A stretch of 64,000 nt of DNA, taken from assembly GCA_965235115.1 (NCBI GenBank), contig OZ249436.1:10416001-10480000 (forward strand), written 5' to 3'. Below are positions 13,301-27,300 of the stretch, one piece after another. A model generated the notes under the pieces. The model searched no databases. It had not been told where the DNA came from and saw only the letters and a program-made list of their open reading frames with translations. Position 1 is the first letter of the stretch, and each line of letters begins with the position of its first letter. Made by a program: the position numbers and the translations under genes. Source of the DNA: Laetmonice hystrix. Lineage: Eukaryota.

Positions 13301-16300
13301 CCCGTACAAGCCGACCATCCTAAACTGAGCCACTAAGGTCACATGGGCAATTTTGAATAAAAAGATTGTGAAAACAAATGGCAATTATTCCTAAGCAGTG
13401 CTCAGAGCAACTGTCTCATTAGATTTGGCTGCAAAGAAGATTCTTTCCATAACTTCAAGTAGTTGGATTAAACGTCTTAGATATAAGGGGAGGAATGGCT
13501 GTTGTGAGTGCTGCTGGTATAGACTGTGAGAAGTTGGAGAGCCGTGACATAAAGCTACTCTTGGCTGACTCTGACAGCTGCTGATGACTGGGAAAGGTTC
13601 TATAGACCGGGGAGTGTCACACACATAGGAGGAGGGAGCAGCCGCCACATTGATAGCACCGTCATAGTAGCACATAAAATAGGTGGCTAAACGTCTGAGG
13701 GCCCGGCTGTCAGGCCTGGCAGGTTGACACAATCTGCCGGCCTACGGTCTGTTCTCGTGGGAAGGCACCCTCCCCCCAAGGCATGCTGCAACAGTTTCCG
13801 GGCTCCGATTTCCCTGCACAAAGTCGCATTATGGAGGCTCCTTTGTGCTTGTCATTTCCCCCAACCGCCTTGACCTGACCAGAAACTAGGGTCAATCATC
13901 ACTTCCTCGTTAAATGTCCTGCCATAATGTCTCGCCAGAACCCCACAACTTGTCAGTTGTCCCTATACTTTAAGTTTCCACCTACAGAACAGAAAGTGAT
14001 GTGTGTCACGTCAATAACTGCTAACGGAAATGAAAACAGTCTTGGATGATAGCACAAACAAACAGGAACCTATGGAGGTTCCTTCTCTGCACTTCAGTGC
14101 GACTGAAAAACGTCCGACACCAACAACTGTGTAAGTAAGAGGCCCCAACTATACGTCAACGAACGAAAACATTCAACCAGAATTTCGTCACAGAGACAAG
14201 TATTGTGCGGTAGGGGATATGTTGTGGGGGTGGGGAGTGCGGGGGGGGGGGGAGTGGTGCAGATTTACCGCTATGCCCGCTGTTTTAAGTGTTCGCTCAA
14301 ATGCAGCCTCAGGCCTTCTTCGATTTAGGTTTTTAATTGTCAGGAGAATACGGCATACAAGTTGCCTGGAGTCATGTCTTCCATATAACTCCGTCTTTCC
14401 CAAGGCTTGTCATTAAGAGAAGAAAGGGACTTTGGTAATTTGCCTGCTTTGGCGGGTACCAAGGGTACAACAGGTGGATGAGACGACCAGGACGTTGGTG
14501 GTGCTGGCGTGCGGCCCCCCAGCTAGGCCCTAACACTATCCTACCTTATTAATGACTTAACACCTTGTATCCCCCCAGATCCCGGACTGCTGCCTCGTCT
14601 CCTACCCCTCAAACACCCCACGTCAACGCGCAGCCGCACATTTACATCGGAGAAGGCCACAAAACTGGGTGACTCATTCACAAAGTTTTTGTGTATCTCC
14701 GAAAGTGCTTGAAGGGACGATGAAGGCCCACCACAGCATGTGACTGTGGCCAGGGCCAAAAGATAACCAGTATAACCCCAGGTCCCATCTCCCGCTGGAT
14801 CTCGCTAAGTTCGGAGCCTTTTGATGTCGGCTGCCCACTTCCATATATACCTGTCATTAGTTTCAGACGTCGGGTATGATTCTGACATAGCCACCTATGG
14901 GTAATGAGGAATGAATCATAAATTGTGACAGGTATTTAGGGCCGGAGGGGATAAACCACAGTATCAACTACACCACACAAAGGACATCATTTTCTCCACT
15001 AGGGAATGTTTTCGTTGTGGGCGTGATTTATAGGATTGGGACTTGTATGCACCAGGTATTCTCATAATAATGCCGTGATCAGGATTCTACCATCACGCAG
15101 GAATAAATGTTTCTTTTATGGAAAGTATGCGAAGCCTGAAGATAACTGTGGTGGGGTAATTCATCTTGTGACACATCTCAATTTTGTACCCGCTGGTAAT
15201 GCTGCCAACCAACCATAATCTCCTCATGTTCTGGTAGCATGATACCAGCAATGACAAAGAAAACACCATTAAAGTACGGTTTAGCTGAAGGATAGATATA
15301 GACCCCTAATTTCCTGCTCTATTTCCAATTTACTGTATGGTGTCTATGATTTACCTGTTGACAGACATTCATATCCAAAAACATCCACATTTTAGTCAGT
15401 TGAAATCGCACCTTATTGTGAAATTGAATCTTTGCGATATGTTGAACATAAAGGGCTCTTATACGAGTGAAAGGAATTATGAATGGGAGTCAGTTAAAAG
15501 TGAAGAGACACTATCATAGCTTCATATTTCCACTTCAAACACTACCTCAATTTGTCTTCATTATAAATTCAAGATTGCAAGTGTAAATTGACGTCCCTAC
15601 AAAAAAGAGATTACGATGCCCTGCGTGGTCCCTCTCTCTCTCCGTCACCCACCGGCCATAATGTCGACGGCCAACAGACCAAACTAAGACATCCTCAAAC
15701 CCCCTCCCCCTCAAAACACATAAATCTTCATATGTTCGCACCAAGGTGAAGAAATGTTAACTGATCGCAGTTGCCTAAACACCCCTTGTGATCTCAGGGC
15801 AGCTTAGCTTACAGTTTACCTTACTTCAGGGCGACACTTTACCCTACAGGACAACCCACCTTGTGGGGCACCTTACCTTATACTGTCACTTTACAACACA
15901 GTGATCAACAATCACAACCGCGCACGCACATCCCCACATACTCACACATGCACTGAACGCATAAGCACGCAGACATCCCAAGGAAAAGCCTGAGAAAAGT
16001 TAGCTGATCTCTGGCTGATGTAGGAAGGTCGCGATGCTTCACGGGCCCCCGCGCCCCTCCCATTGTTTATCAATCCTTGACATGCAAGCCTCCTATCCGG
16101 TGTTCGAACGCGGCACAGAGCAACAAAGGCACACCCACTTCAGTGTTGGAGGGACCGTCTTGACATGATGAAGTCACACTTGGTGGATAGGATAAAAGAT
16201 TTAGATCACAGGCTGCATTCCGTCTGTGTTGTGTACTCCCAAAACGTCATATAATCTCGAAATATTTTCATTCATAGCGACGTTTGAATAAGTCATTATC

Positions 16301-16679
16301 TATTCTTCATAAAGGATAAAAGCTGGTAATTGCAGTTTTTTGCTGAAGACTCACATCATGTAAACACTTAAAATCTGGTGGTTGATCTCTGAGGAATTGC
16401 ATGCATTAACTTGAATTTTATTTTCCTTTGTATAACAAAACCTCAGAGTGTACTAAGGCAACTTCTGTATGTGAGGAAAGCAAATGTTGAAAAGGTTTAA
16501 AGACTGATCCACACTTGTCTCTGCCTATTACAGAAATGCAGCGATGCGGACAAGTTTGTATGAGATGAAACTGTGCAGTGAGTACACCGAAAGCGAGCAG
16601 CGGCGGATGAAGCGAGCGAGCAAGCGAGTCAGCCCATCCACATCAAACCGACCGACCCATCTACCGACTGACGACCCGG

Positions 16680-17262
16680 CACATTGCTCCACTCACTGCG
16701 GCCTATGCCTGCTCTCCTAGTACCCGGTACATTGCTCCACTCACTGCGGCCTATGCCTGCTCTCGGAGTACCTGATACATTGCTCCACTCATTGCGACAT
16801 GCCGTCCCAGTATCAACATTGCTCCACTCACTGCGGCCTATGCCTATACTCTCCCAGTACCCGGTACATTGCTCCACTCACTGCGGCTTATGCCTGCTCT
16901 CCCAGTACCCCGTACATTGCTCCACTCATTGCGGCCTATGCCTGCTCTCCCAGTACCCGATACATTGATCCACTCACTGCGGCCTATGCCTGCTCTCCCA
17001 GTACCCGATACATTGATCCACTCACTGCGGCCTATGCCTACTCTCCCAGTACCCGGTACACTGCTCCACTCGCGGCATGATGCCCCAGTACCCATGCAAT
17101 GCATTGCTCCACTAATTGAGGTATGCCGTCCCCGTATCAACATTGCTCCACTCATTGAGGCATGCCGTCCCAGTATCAACATTGCTCCACTCATTGCGGC
17201 CCATTGTCCACTCATTGAGGCATGCCGTCCCAGTATCAACATTGCTCCACTCATTGCGGACC
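16680..17262. repeat. Minisatellite, 48-bp unit changing to a 39-bp variant
   Basis: CATTGCTCCACTCACTGCGGCCTATGCCTGCTCTCCCAGTACCCGGTA repeated (period 48, 16682 to 16730); the distal part uses CATGCCGTCCCAGTATCAACATTGCTCCACTCATTGAGG (39 bp). Confidence 0.95.
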
Positions 17263-20200
17263 ACTGGTCTTAGTTTGTTCCGTCCGTTGATCCACTCAAT
17301 GCAGCCTATGCTCTCCGATAACTATTGTTTCATTCACTCCTGTACGCTCTTCCTCGTTCTTCAGGCACTGAAATGCTGCCTGGTGACAGTTATAGGCCTA
17401 ATGACTAAACTTCTACTCATAAGTATTCACCTTCAGACTGAATCTCGCACAGGTCAAAAAGCCACTTTTTTGGTTTGCCCTCCTAATCTATCCAAGGATT
17501 GTAACAAAGCCGGGTATAGCGCAAAATCAAATAGCCCTCTGCCACACCATCGGGCAGCTTGCATTCTATTAGCCGTATTTCCTGAAACTCTCTCTGACAC
17601 TTGTTTTCATGAGAGGTGTTAATCGTTATCTTTGACTTTAACCAACAAATCCACCCGCCAGAGCTTCTATAAGCTGGTATAAAACTACAGCTCAGTTACT
17701 TTACAAACACCTTGGACCTCCGAGTCTGGACCGGGGGAATGGAGGGGCCCACAACCCATCTGCCTGGGCCGGCTGTGCCCTAACCATGTCCATTAAATGG
17801 AGCCAAGTCGGTTTGATATGAGCATGGACAGCTGAACAATCATCTTGTCCTGTCCTAGCCAGTTGCCCTCCCTCGATCTGTTTGTCCTTCCTGGTCAAAC
17901 TTCCCCTCTCCATCAGTGAAGAGTTCCAGTCCAAATACACATCGCCTCAATCTTTCGCTCTAATTTTCCAACGGGCGGCTGCTCTCTCAATCACAACTTT
18001 TGCCCTGGATCTCAGTTTTTCAGAGTTTATCTATCCTCTAGACAGTGAAGTTCTTACTGATTTTGATTGCACTTTTTGTTATGAAATATCTTAAGGCATA
18101 CTTCCCCCATTTTGTTGAAGTTGCTTTCAGAGATTGACGAATGACGGTTATTCAACCGCTGTACACAGTCAACGAAATTAAACTGGGTACGGCCTATCAA
18201 GCAGGTGCTCCATAAAAAGGCCATTGATGAATAAAAAAAATCCTGTTTGGAGATAAACTACACCAACATTAAGAAAGATCCCATTCATTCACCATTATTA
18301 CTGTAATCAGCCTTGGCAGCAGCCAGGTACTGTTGAAGCTGAAGGTTGACTCTTTGTGCACTGTTTAAAACAAGGTTATCGTTTTAACTGTGCCCCCATT
18401 GTTTGCGGTCAAATCTTCATGGCCCCATGGAATGTCACTTTTATTCTCAGTATGAGGCGATAGAGACAAGTCCGGCCTCCCTGCTCGCCACAATGCCGCC
18501 ATAGCATCCCTCTGTTCATGACAATAGCCAAGGTCTCGTACCGACATGATCTGCTTTTACTGCCCGTCCCAGAGGGCCATCATTCCCATTGACTGGCCAC
18601 CCCTGATGTAAGGACCGGGACCTTGGCATTATTCAGTAGGGCTTTAAACCCTATCTCAGGCCCCTGTAGTATCAACAACCCCGAGCAGACCTCTGTATTG
18701 TGGTCTATTCACAGCGGCGGAGACAGACCCTCCTTGGAGGTCCTCTAGCGTTAGACGGTTGATTATTGTCGAGTGTGCATCTGGTAAAGCTATTGAGGTG
18801 TTAGCAGCACTCACGGGTATCCACTGAGAACTGGGACTGACTTGACTGTTGACACAGCCTTTGTCCCGAGCTATGCTTCCCAGTGTCAAGTGCTCGTCCC
18901 CACGGCCACCCACACCTTGGCTAATTTGACCACTTAATGGGCCATACTGGCCTCCCAGACGAGCCAGCCATCCCAGTCCTCCACTTAACATACAATTAGC
19001 ACCATTTAATTAAGTGCTTTAACTCTATAAATATGTTTGTCTTAACTTGGCTCCACAGTCACTCTCTCAATGCCTCCCAAGAAGAATTAGTTCCTAAATA
19101 TCCTGACATTGTCCTCCTTGACACAACTCAAATGAACCATTTGTGTGAAATCAAATTAACTTAATTGATTAAATTAGGTGAGCCACGGGCTACTATTACC
19201 GTGAGTGCCAAAGGGAAGGAGTCCGTCTATGTCTGAGAACATCACCGAATGCAAAAAAAAGGACAAACCGACAGGAAAATTGGGATAATTACAGTAAAAC
19301 AAGTAAAAAAGGAAAAGGGATAAAAGCGATAAAGTGAGTTATTTTTCATCCCCAACTAAGCATTGAAAATATACAAAGATTTATGACTGAGATCTGTGAT
19401 GTTTCAGGTTACATACATCATGTAAATCTCCAGTCAGGGATGTAAAGGTTGGCTGTACATTACACCGATCAGTTGTCACAACATGTCCCAGGCCCTCCGT
19501 ACATAAACCCACGTCATCGTACATTCTGACATCTCGCCACCTTCCTTAGCTCATACAGAAACATCTTATTGTCCTGACTCCATGGCACTGACTGGAAGAC
19601 AATGGTCATATACCAAAGGACTCGGGCCCTACGTCAAAAGGTTACAGCAGTTGCAACAGTTACATAAATGGCGACATTTTGTATGCAGCCAACAATAAGA
19701 AAAACAGACCGAAGAGTCTACCAATGCATGGCACATTCAGTATTGATAGCGTGGAACACCTCCTGACATTATGTCGTCTGAGTAATAAACTAAATCTGGG
19801 ACAAGACCTTACAATGGCTCATAGCTTTTCTGTCCCAGCGGATAATGGACAACACACTCAACACAGGTCGGAGATGTATTTTTTACATCATTTATACATC
19901 ATAATAGACTATAGTATTTAACCAGCCACTCAAGTTCAAGCACTCCAACAATAGGCCTATATAGATTTTGTCTTCTGGGTTACATTCCGCGTTAAATTTA
20001 TATTACTAAGTTGAGTTGCTTCCACTTAGGTTATTTGTCATAAATGGTCGAAGCAAATTTGATAAATTTAAAGGCCTCTTTGTATTCGAATGTAACGTCT
20101 TTTTGGGTCATACTGCCACGGAACATCTTCTCATGAATATTCATCGCTTAAAGAGTTTTCAAGGCTTTAATCAGTTAATAGGGGGGCTTTGAAATTGTTG

Positions 20201-22951
20201 TGGTTTCCGTGAGGCCCGCGGTCTCTTGGTCTGGTTGGGGGGACTCCCTGTGGGGTTCCTAACAACTCCCTTCACCCTGCCTGTCAGCCGACCTGACAGC
20301 ACCCCTGCATCCCATCACCTTGACAGAACAGAGCAATATGGATATCTGATGTCCTTCACGGGTTTACCATCGTGCCGGGAGTGGGACGTTATCTAGTATC
20401 ACGAGCCATCTTGTTGCCCGTGTGCCCCCGCCCCCTGCACACTCTCTGACCGTGCTTGGACCACCGACAACCTTTGCTCCTTGGATGTAATCAGTTGCTT
20501 CATCTGCCATGTGGCATGATGCAAACGTTTACAGGGGGTGAACTCCCTGATGGCTGCTGCTGGTGGCCATCAACACGGGGCCGGTAGGTCAGCCCAGCCG
20601 TCCTCCGATCCTCCCGACCTCCCTCCCCCCTTAATTTGATACTAACTCTCCACCGGCTGGCAGCTGCTGATACTTGGGTAGATCTGGCCACCGGGATGAA
20701 GGGTTTGCCATGAGTATAGGTAGGGCTGGGCTTTGTCCCACTTGTCTACGCCTGTCTGTGGGGCCGAGGCCCGAACCACTCAGCTGAGGGCCTACAGCCT
20801 CTGGATGATCCAACATTTGAAGTCGTTCTCGGTGTTGGTGGTGGTTTGATGGGACGGGGGCCCCGCCCCACCTCCAGGCCACGGCCTCTGTCACCTGGGG
20901 GGGGGGGGGGGTATTACAGGCGGGGATAGGCTCAAACTCGACTCACATTCACAAACTAGCCTTTATATATGATATATCAGCATATGGAGGTAGGGCAAAT
21001 CTGATGGCCGGCTTCCTCATCCCATCCCCGCCGGCAGAAGACACGGCGGTGTTTGGCCAACACCAGCCCGCCATTCCCCTCCACCAGGCAGTGTACACCA
21101 TTGGCCATCCGGTTCAGCTATTTGATACAGCACTCATACACACAACCTCCCCTCCCAACCCGTCCTGGCTTTTCTGCTATAACAATACTGGGGGGTCTTG
21201 TGTAGCATATAGCCCAGGAATGTAAGCAGTATCAAACACCCACCCGACAGCCCTGCCCTCTTCTGGCAACCCTCTCCAATACAGGCTCACTCCTCAACAC
21301 AGTTACCCGCATAATTCATGTCTAAAGTATACTGGAATTCATTCTAGCATTCAGGGCAAGTCCATTGTTGTCCAAAAGGTTTTGGTGTAGACACAGCACG
21401 CCGTCAACCTTTTTTGCCAATGAAATACCAACATTACAATGGAACCATCTGATTGGGGGAGGAGAGCGTTGAATTTAGTTGTTTCACATGAAGGTTTAAA
21501 CATTTATAGCCGGGTAAAGGGCCTAGCAAGTGGAGTCGGCAGATGCTGCCCTATTGAACTGGTGAGAAGGGTGAGCTAGGAAGTGTGGGAACGGTTTGCT
21601 TGTATTCACCTATTGTAACCTAATGCCGCCATTGTTATAATATTGATACGTTGAACACATGCTGGATGATCTTGGCTATCTACACCGACAGTTTAGCAGG
21701 CGTACAACCACAGCGGCACCGTTTTTTTCTGGTCCCCATCCGTCGGCCAGACATCCGCGCGACACCAAAAACTCATGTATGTACGAGAATGGCTGCCTTG
21801 ATGTCTTGTGACGAATATAAGACGGCTGATCTATGGTTTATAAACAAATGATTTCAAGAGAAGCATCATCCACGGAAAAAAACGCAATTTGTCCCAAACA
21901 AATGTCAGCGTGAGTGCTGGCACAGGTCTGCCTACATTTCTCTTCAGACAGCGACAAATTATCGATTATTTCTGAGAGAAAAATTCTCAAACAATTTAAA
22001 ACCAGCCGGATATTCAAACTACATGTATATTATTTTGGGACCAACGACCAGATGAGAGAGCATTCCTGAATAGTCTGACATAGTGAAAGGAAAAGAATCG
22101 CGGAGATGTAATGCTCAGTGGGCAATGAAAAGAGAAAGCAATTGCCATTGCCTCCTGTCGACTCCTGTTGTTGACATAGGATTATCGCGAATGACAATGG
22201 TTGTCTGGTCCCGCCCCAGACAGACCAGCTCATGTCAACCTGTCTAACTCACAGCCCACATCCTATCCTCTATTGTATATGTTTATTGTTATACGTATTC
22301 AAATACTATCTAATTGACCTTTTGTATACTATAGGAACAGTTCTTTACGGATCTCTACCTTCAATCAGCTGATTAACGATTTGTGTGTCAAGATATGATG
22401 ATTGCCCCTTGTATCAATAAACAATCAAAGTCAATTGGCCATTGTTCGGCGATCGTCACCCTCAGCTCAGACACCAGCTTGCAGCGTTTTGCCGTTGCCT
22501 AACAGACCACAGAAACACAAAGAACGCGTCGGTTGCTCCCGAGCTGATTAGGTCATCATCAGCCAAGAATAAAAACGCAACTGAAAGCATGAGAGATATT
22601 GCTTCGGGCAACAGTAAAAACCTTTGAATGACTGAGAAAGTGTTTAAGACGATGCCAATTCTTTTACTGACATCATTCGTCAGAAGTATAAAAAAAACCC
22701 TTGAAAATAAAAGTTCGCCGAGAGAATCCTAATGCTTTAAACAATAAATTTCGCTTTTTAATTTTTCAGAAAGACAACAAAACAATTTTTTGTCAGTGAG
22801 ACAGATCTAACAGCCTTCTATTTCAGTGTCCGTTGCCCAGACATCGAGTGTGAAAACCTAACGTGCCAAAATTAGTTAGTGTACTGAGTGCGTCGGAACT
22901 GTGTTATTGCATAACTAATGCGAGTTGGGAGTATCATCCGTCTATAGCCTG

Positions 22952-23180
22952 ATAGCTGTCAGCGTCTGGGTCAATCCAGACCTCCTTGTCGAGCGGGTTT
23001 GATCCCGATGCCTCAACCTCTGGCCTGCACATAGCACAGGATAATCCAATTAAATGAAGCCCGACCCACTCGTAATGCGTTCCACACTCCAGCTTAGGAT
23101 CCATCGAGCAAAAAGAGGCATCGCTGACTGGTGAACGGGCTGTGTCCTGTCTCACCCTTGCTACGCACTTAACTTAAGTC
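22952..23180 (+). mobile_element. Possible degenerate tRNA-derived SINE
   Basis: Stem GTCTGG/CCAGAC followed by B-box-like GGGTTTGATCCC (~23006), and a later CCCTTGCTACGCACTTAAC segment reminiscent of SINE central domains; A box is poor. Confidence 0.2.
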
Positions 23181-23370
23181 ACCTGGATAATCATATCCAT
23201 TCATGAGAAAGACATTTTTCTATATCAAGGTTCAATGGCACTTGGGATGTTGTGCATCCAGTGCATCGTGTGTTAAGTTGGCTCTGTGGTAGCGTAGTCA
23301 TCCTGAGCTCTCCCTGGCAGTGCGTCATCTTTTCTATGAGCTCTGTGGCATCATGTCAACCGTGAGCCTT

Positions 23371-24130
23371 CTGTAGCACCGCGTCAGCCATGAGCCTGAC
23401 TGCAGGTCAGTCATGAGCCTGAATGCAGGTCAGTCATGAGCCTGACTGCAGGTCAGTCATGAGCCTGACTGCAGGTCAGTCATGAGCCTCCTATAGCATC
23501 GCGTCAGCCATGAGCCTGATCTCAGGTCAACCATGAGCCTTCTGTAGCATCGCGTCAGCCATGAGCCTGACTGCAGGTCAGTCATGAGCCTCCTATAGCA
23601 TCGCGTCAGCCATGAGCCTGATCTCAGGTCAACCATGAGCCTTCTGTAGCATCGCGTCAGCCATGAGCCTGACTGCAGGTCAGTCATGAGCCTCTTATGG
23701 CATCGCGTCAGCCATGAGCCTGACTGCAAGTCAGTTATGGGCCTTTTGTGGCATCGTGTCAGCCATGAGCCTGAATTCAGGTCAGCCTTGAGCCTTCTGG
23801 GGCATAGTGGCAGCCATGAGCCTGACTGCAGGTCAGTCATGAGCCTCCTATGGCATCGCGTCAGCCATGAGCCTGACTGCAAGTCAGTCATGAGCCTTCT
23901 ATAGCATCGCGTCAGCCATGAGCCTGACTGCAGGTCAGCCATGAGCCTTCTGTGGCATCGTGTCAGCCATGAGCCTGACTGCAGGTCAGCCATGAACCTT
24001 CTGTGGCATCGTGGCAGCCAAGGGCCTGACTGCAGGTCAGCCATGAACCTTCTGTGGCATCGTGGCAGCCATGGGCCTGAATGCAGGTCAGCCATGAGCC
24101 TTCTGTGGCATCGTGGCAGCCATGGGCCTG
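23371..24130. repeat. Minisatellite, 51-bp unit containing a 23-bp subunit
   Basis: GCATCGCGTCAGCCATGAGCCTGACTGCAGGTCAGTCATGAGCCTTCTGTA repeated; the 23-bp CATGAGCCTGACTGCAGGTCAGT is itself tandem about 4 times at 23390-23480. Confidence 0.95.
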
Positions 24131-24210
24131 ACAGTCTCTGCCCTGGCAGGGTCTCTGTTTCAGCCACGAGCCTCTGTGACAAACTGCACCATCCATCCGC
24201 TTCCGTAAGA

Positions 24211-24378
24211 GAGCCAACAATGAGCCGTTGCTGCCAGTGCCAGCCAACAATGAGCCGTTGCTGCCAGTGCCAGCCAACAATGAGCCGTTGCTGCCAGTGC
24301 CAGCCATGAATGAGCCCTTGCTGTCAGTGCCAGCCATGAATGAGCCGTTGCTGCCAGTGCCAGCCATGAATGAGCCCC
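24211..24378. repeat. Minisatellite, 30-bp unit
   Basis: AGCCAACAATGAGCCGTTGCTGCCAGTGCC and its variant, about 5 copies. Confidence 0.93.
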
Positions 24379-27300
24379 TTATGGCCTGTCAACCATGGCC
24401 CCATGTCTGCGGCAGAGTGACCATGTAGGGTGAGCCTTGGTACAGTTCGCTTGGCTCATCATGATCTCCAGGTCTTGACGTGTCCCTAAAACCGACTCTT
24501 CATCACTCACTCACACTACACGAATACAACTCTGTTAGTATTACAACGTTTTCAAGTCTATTTGTCCGATAAAAAAAGGTCTCCTTCTGTGGCAGAGGTT
24601 GACCTGACATCTTCTGCCCTTCTTGGTTGAACTAAAGCAAAATCTCAATATCCAAGTACAATGTATAGTTCCATGGTTTACATGCACACACTGTGCAAGG
24701 CTTGGAGTATAATAACCGAGCAGTATTATGTAACTCAGGATTATGGGACCTCAACAACGTCAGATGAGACCTTTCATGAGTGAAACGGAGAGTCAGGTAG
24801 CACATGACCGGATCGATCACACCTTCAACCACAATCCATTTTAACATAGTCAGTGTGTATAAAATTACCCCAAATAATTGCTACCCATTCAAGCTTGATG
24901 ACAACTTGTAATATACAAATACGTGATAAATGCCGTATCAATGGTTGTGAGATTGCCCTAACGGTGGATACTGTAGCAACCAACCATCGTAATACACTAA
25001 TCTATTATTCATGCATGACAGAGCCCACCCCCATAACGCTCAACGCTCGACCTCACAATCTTGTGATAATAGCAAATTACTTAATCACAATTAATCAGCC
25101 CATTGTTGGGCCACAATGTGGGTTTAACAGGTATCGTTACGACACAGCGCGAGCCATCATTGTGCAGCATGAAAAGCTACCGGCTGTCCGGTCGGAATCT
25201 CATGGTACCTTTGAGAGTGCTGTTTGCCGTGGTCGCTATACTCGGACAGATTCATGGGAAAACAATCAAGGGGATAAAGAACAAGGTTCTTTTATTAACT
25301 GGCTCAATTCACATCCATCCTTTAGTAGATTGCTGGGTTGCTTCTCTAATGGGCAGCCGTGCACCACTTTGGGGGCACCCATCTCACCAAAACGGTGCTC
25401 CCCCATCCCTACACCCCTGGCCTGAGCTGACCTGTCAGCTTGGCCCATTAACTCAAGAACAATAGCCACCATTTAATTGCCATCAAATTATCTGGGTCAT
25501 TATTATTTCCTCCAAATGGACAATGCTCTCAGGCTGGTCTCAACGATCGCTGGCTCAAATCATAGGGGAGGACCAGTATCAAATGGCCGTGAGATTTATG
25601 TGTTTGTTGGCCGATAGCGAGCGGAGAGCAGTCTTTGGCTGGTCCTTCATCCCAGAACACTGCGTAGATCACAGTGCAGCAGGGTGGACATCGAAGTGGC
25701 CTTACCGGACCCATCATTGCTCAAAGGCCACCTTTATTTGGCCAAATTCCCCTTTAAATCATACTGCATTAAATGGTCATGGGAGTGAATTAAGCACTGG
25801 TGGGTTTGTCAACCGGACAATGATCGGGTCGGCGAGACATGGCTCGGCCACTCCCACTGGGCACAAATGAGTGCACAAACGACCCTCTCTTTTTGTCGGT
25901 AAATGATCAGTTAGCGGAGTGAACACGAGACTTCAGCCTCAAATAAATACAAGACATTCCCATTTTATAGCTTATTGATACGGCCCCATCCAGACGTCCA
26001 TTACGGTAGATCAGTAGCCGGACTACTGCGCTGTCCTCTGCTGCTTCATTAGCCATAATTTGATCGTAACATCTGTTAGCGAGATGCTACCCCACATGGC
26101 ATCAGTCTCCGCAGATAAGTCCTTCAGTGGGCAATGATACTGGTGGTGACTTGCCCTAATGTAATGTGTGCACCAAATTACCCTTCTCATTCTGGTGCAC
26201 TGAATCAAGTTAATAATGTGCACTGAATCAACAGGAAATCTGGATGCGTGTGAGATGGGCGAGTAAACACCAACAGGACAAATGGAGTGGATGCTGCCTC
26301 ACCCGCCTCCTCATCATGAGACTGTCTTCACGGCAGACATCACCACACGCCAACTCACACTGCTCTTTTATGTTCGGGTATTTCATGTTCTCAAGCAATC
26401 AGTGCTGCATCTTGTGTTTGCTAAAATTTGATGTTGTTTCATACTCTTTCCTGATAAATATACTGAATCACGAGGGGGGATTAGAGAACAAAAAGCGAAA
26501 GATAACTTTATGTCAGCAGAGTTTCTGGAAAATTTCGCTGGGGGGGGGTCCCCTAAAAGGAATGCAGGAACCCCTGGTAAGAGTAAAAAATAAGGTACGA
26601 CCTCCTGACATGTATATGCTTCCAAGAATTATTCCCTATTCATTATTCAGTCCCAGCTTTGTATAACGGTTTACAAACTAATACCTCAATTCCAGAGATC
26701 GGTAATATATCAGTATGTACTATAATACAACGATGCACCAGTATAAGCGATATAATGTCTCTGGAATGCTGAGATGTCCAAACACAGGGATAGCCCCGCA
26801 GGCGGGCCGGGTGGGGCGGGGCAGGGCCGGGCGGACCATCCGACCGTCGGCGGCAGGGACTTATACCCGCTCGGCTCGCCCGCCCGCCCGGCCCGCCTCG
26901 CCGCCCACGGCCGCCGCATGCCTGCCACAGTCATTGTCTGCATGGCCTTGGCAAACCATCGCGGCCAAAGTACTCAGCTGATCCATCAATACGGTTAATT
27001 ACAGATAATACTTCCTCCTCTTCTGGACTCATCACTGTTGACTGAATCAGCTGTCCACGCATCATCTACTCATACCAAATAACTCCTGCTACAATGTGCA
27101 CTACGTCCTACCACAATATGGACCTTATATAAAAGCATGGCAATTGGGCCAATCAAGGCAGTTCTGTGGAATGAAATAACTGTGCCGTAATCAGACAAGC
27201 CAGGTACGCGGCTCATAACGAAGTTATCTGGCCAATCTACCTTGGTTATTGACAGTAAATGAAAGGTCACCATCATGACCACTGCTACAAGGAAGGGGTC

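Noticed and set aside
14815-14832. CCTTTTGATGTCGGCT resembling 28S rRNA (and TTCATAGCGACG at ~16271)
   Set aside because: Matches are under 20 nt and the flanks are not rRNA-like.
16534-16577. Plus-strand pseudo-exon with good acceptor and GTGAGT donor
   Set aside because: No recognisable product or partner exons; antisense within the ARID3 intron.
23457-24428. Repetitive ORFs on both strands
   Set aside because: Translations of the 51-bp and 30-bp minisatellites; the same applies to the ORFs at 16629-17273.
24853-25425. 190-aa ORF
   Set aside because: No domain similarity recognised, and the composition looks like non-coding DNA.
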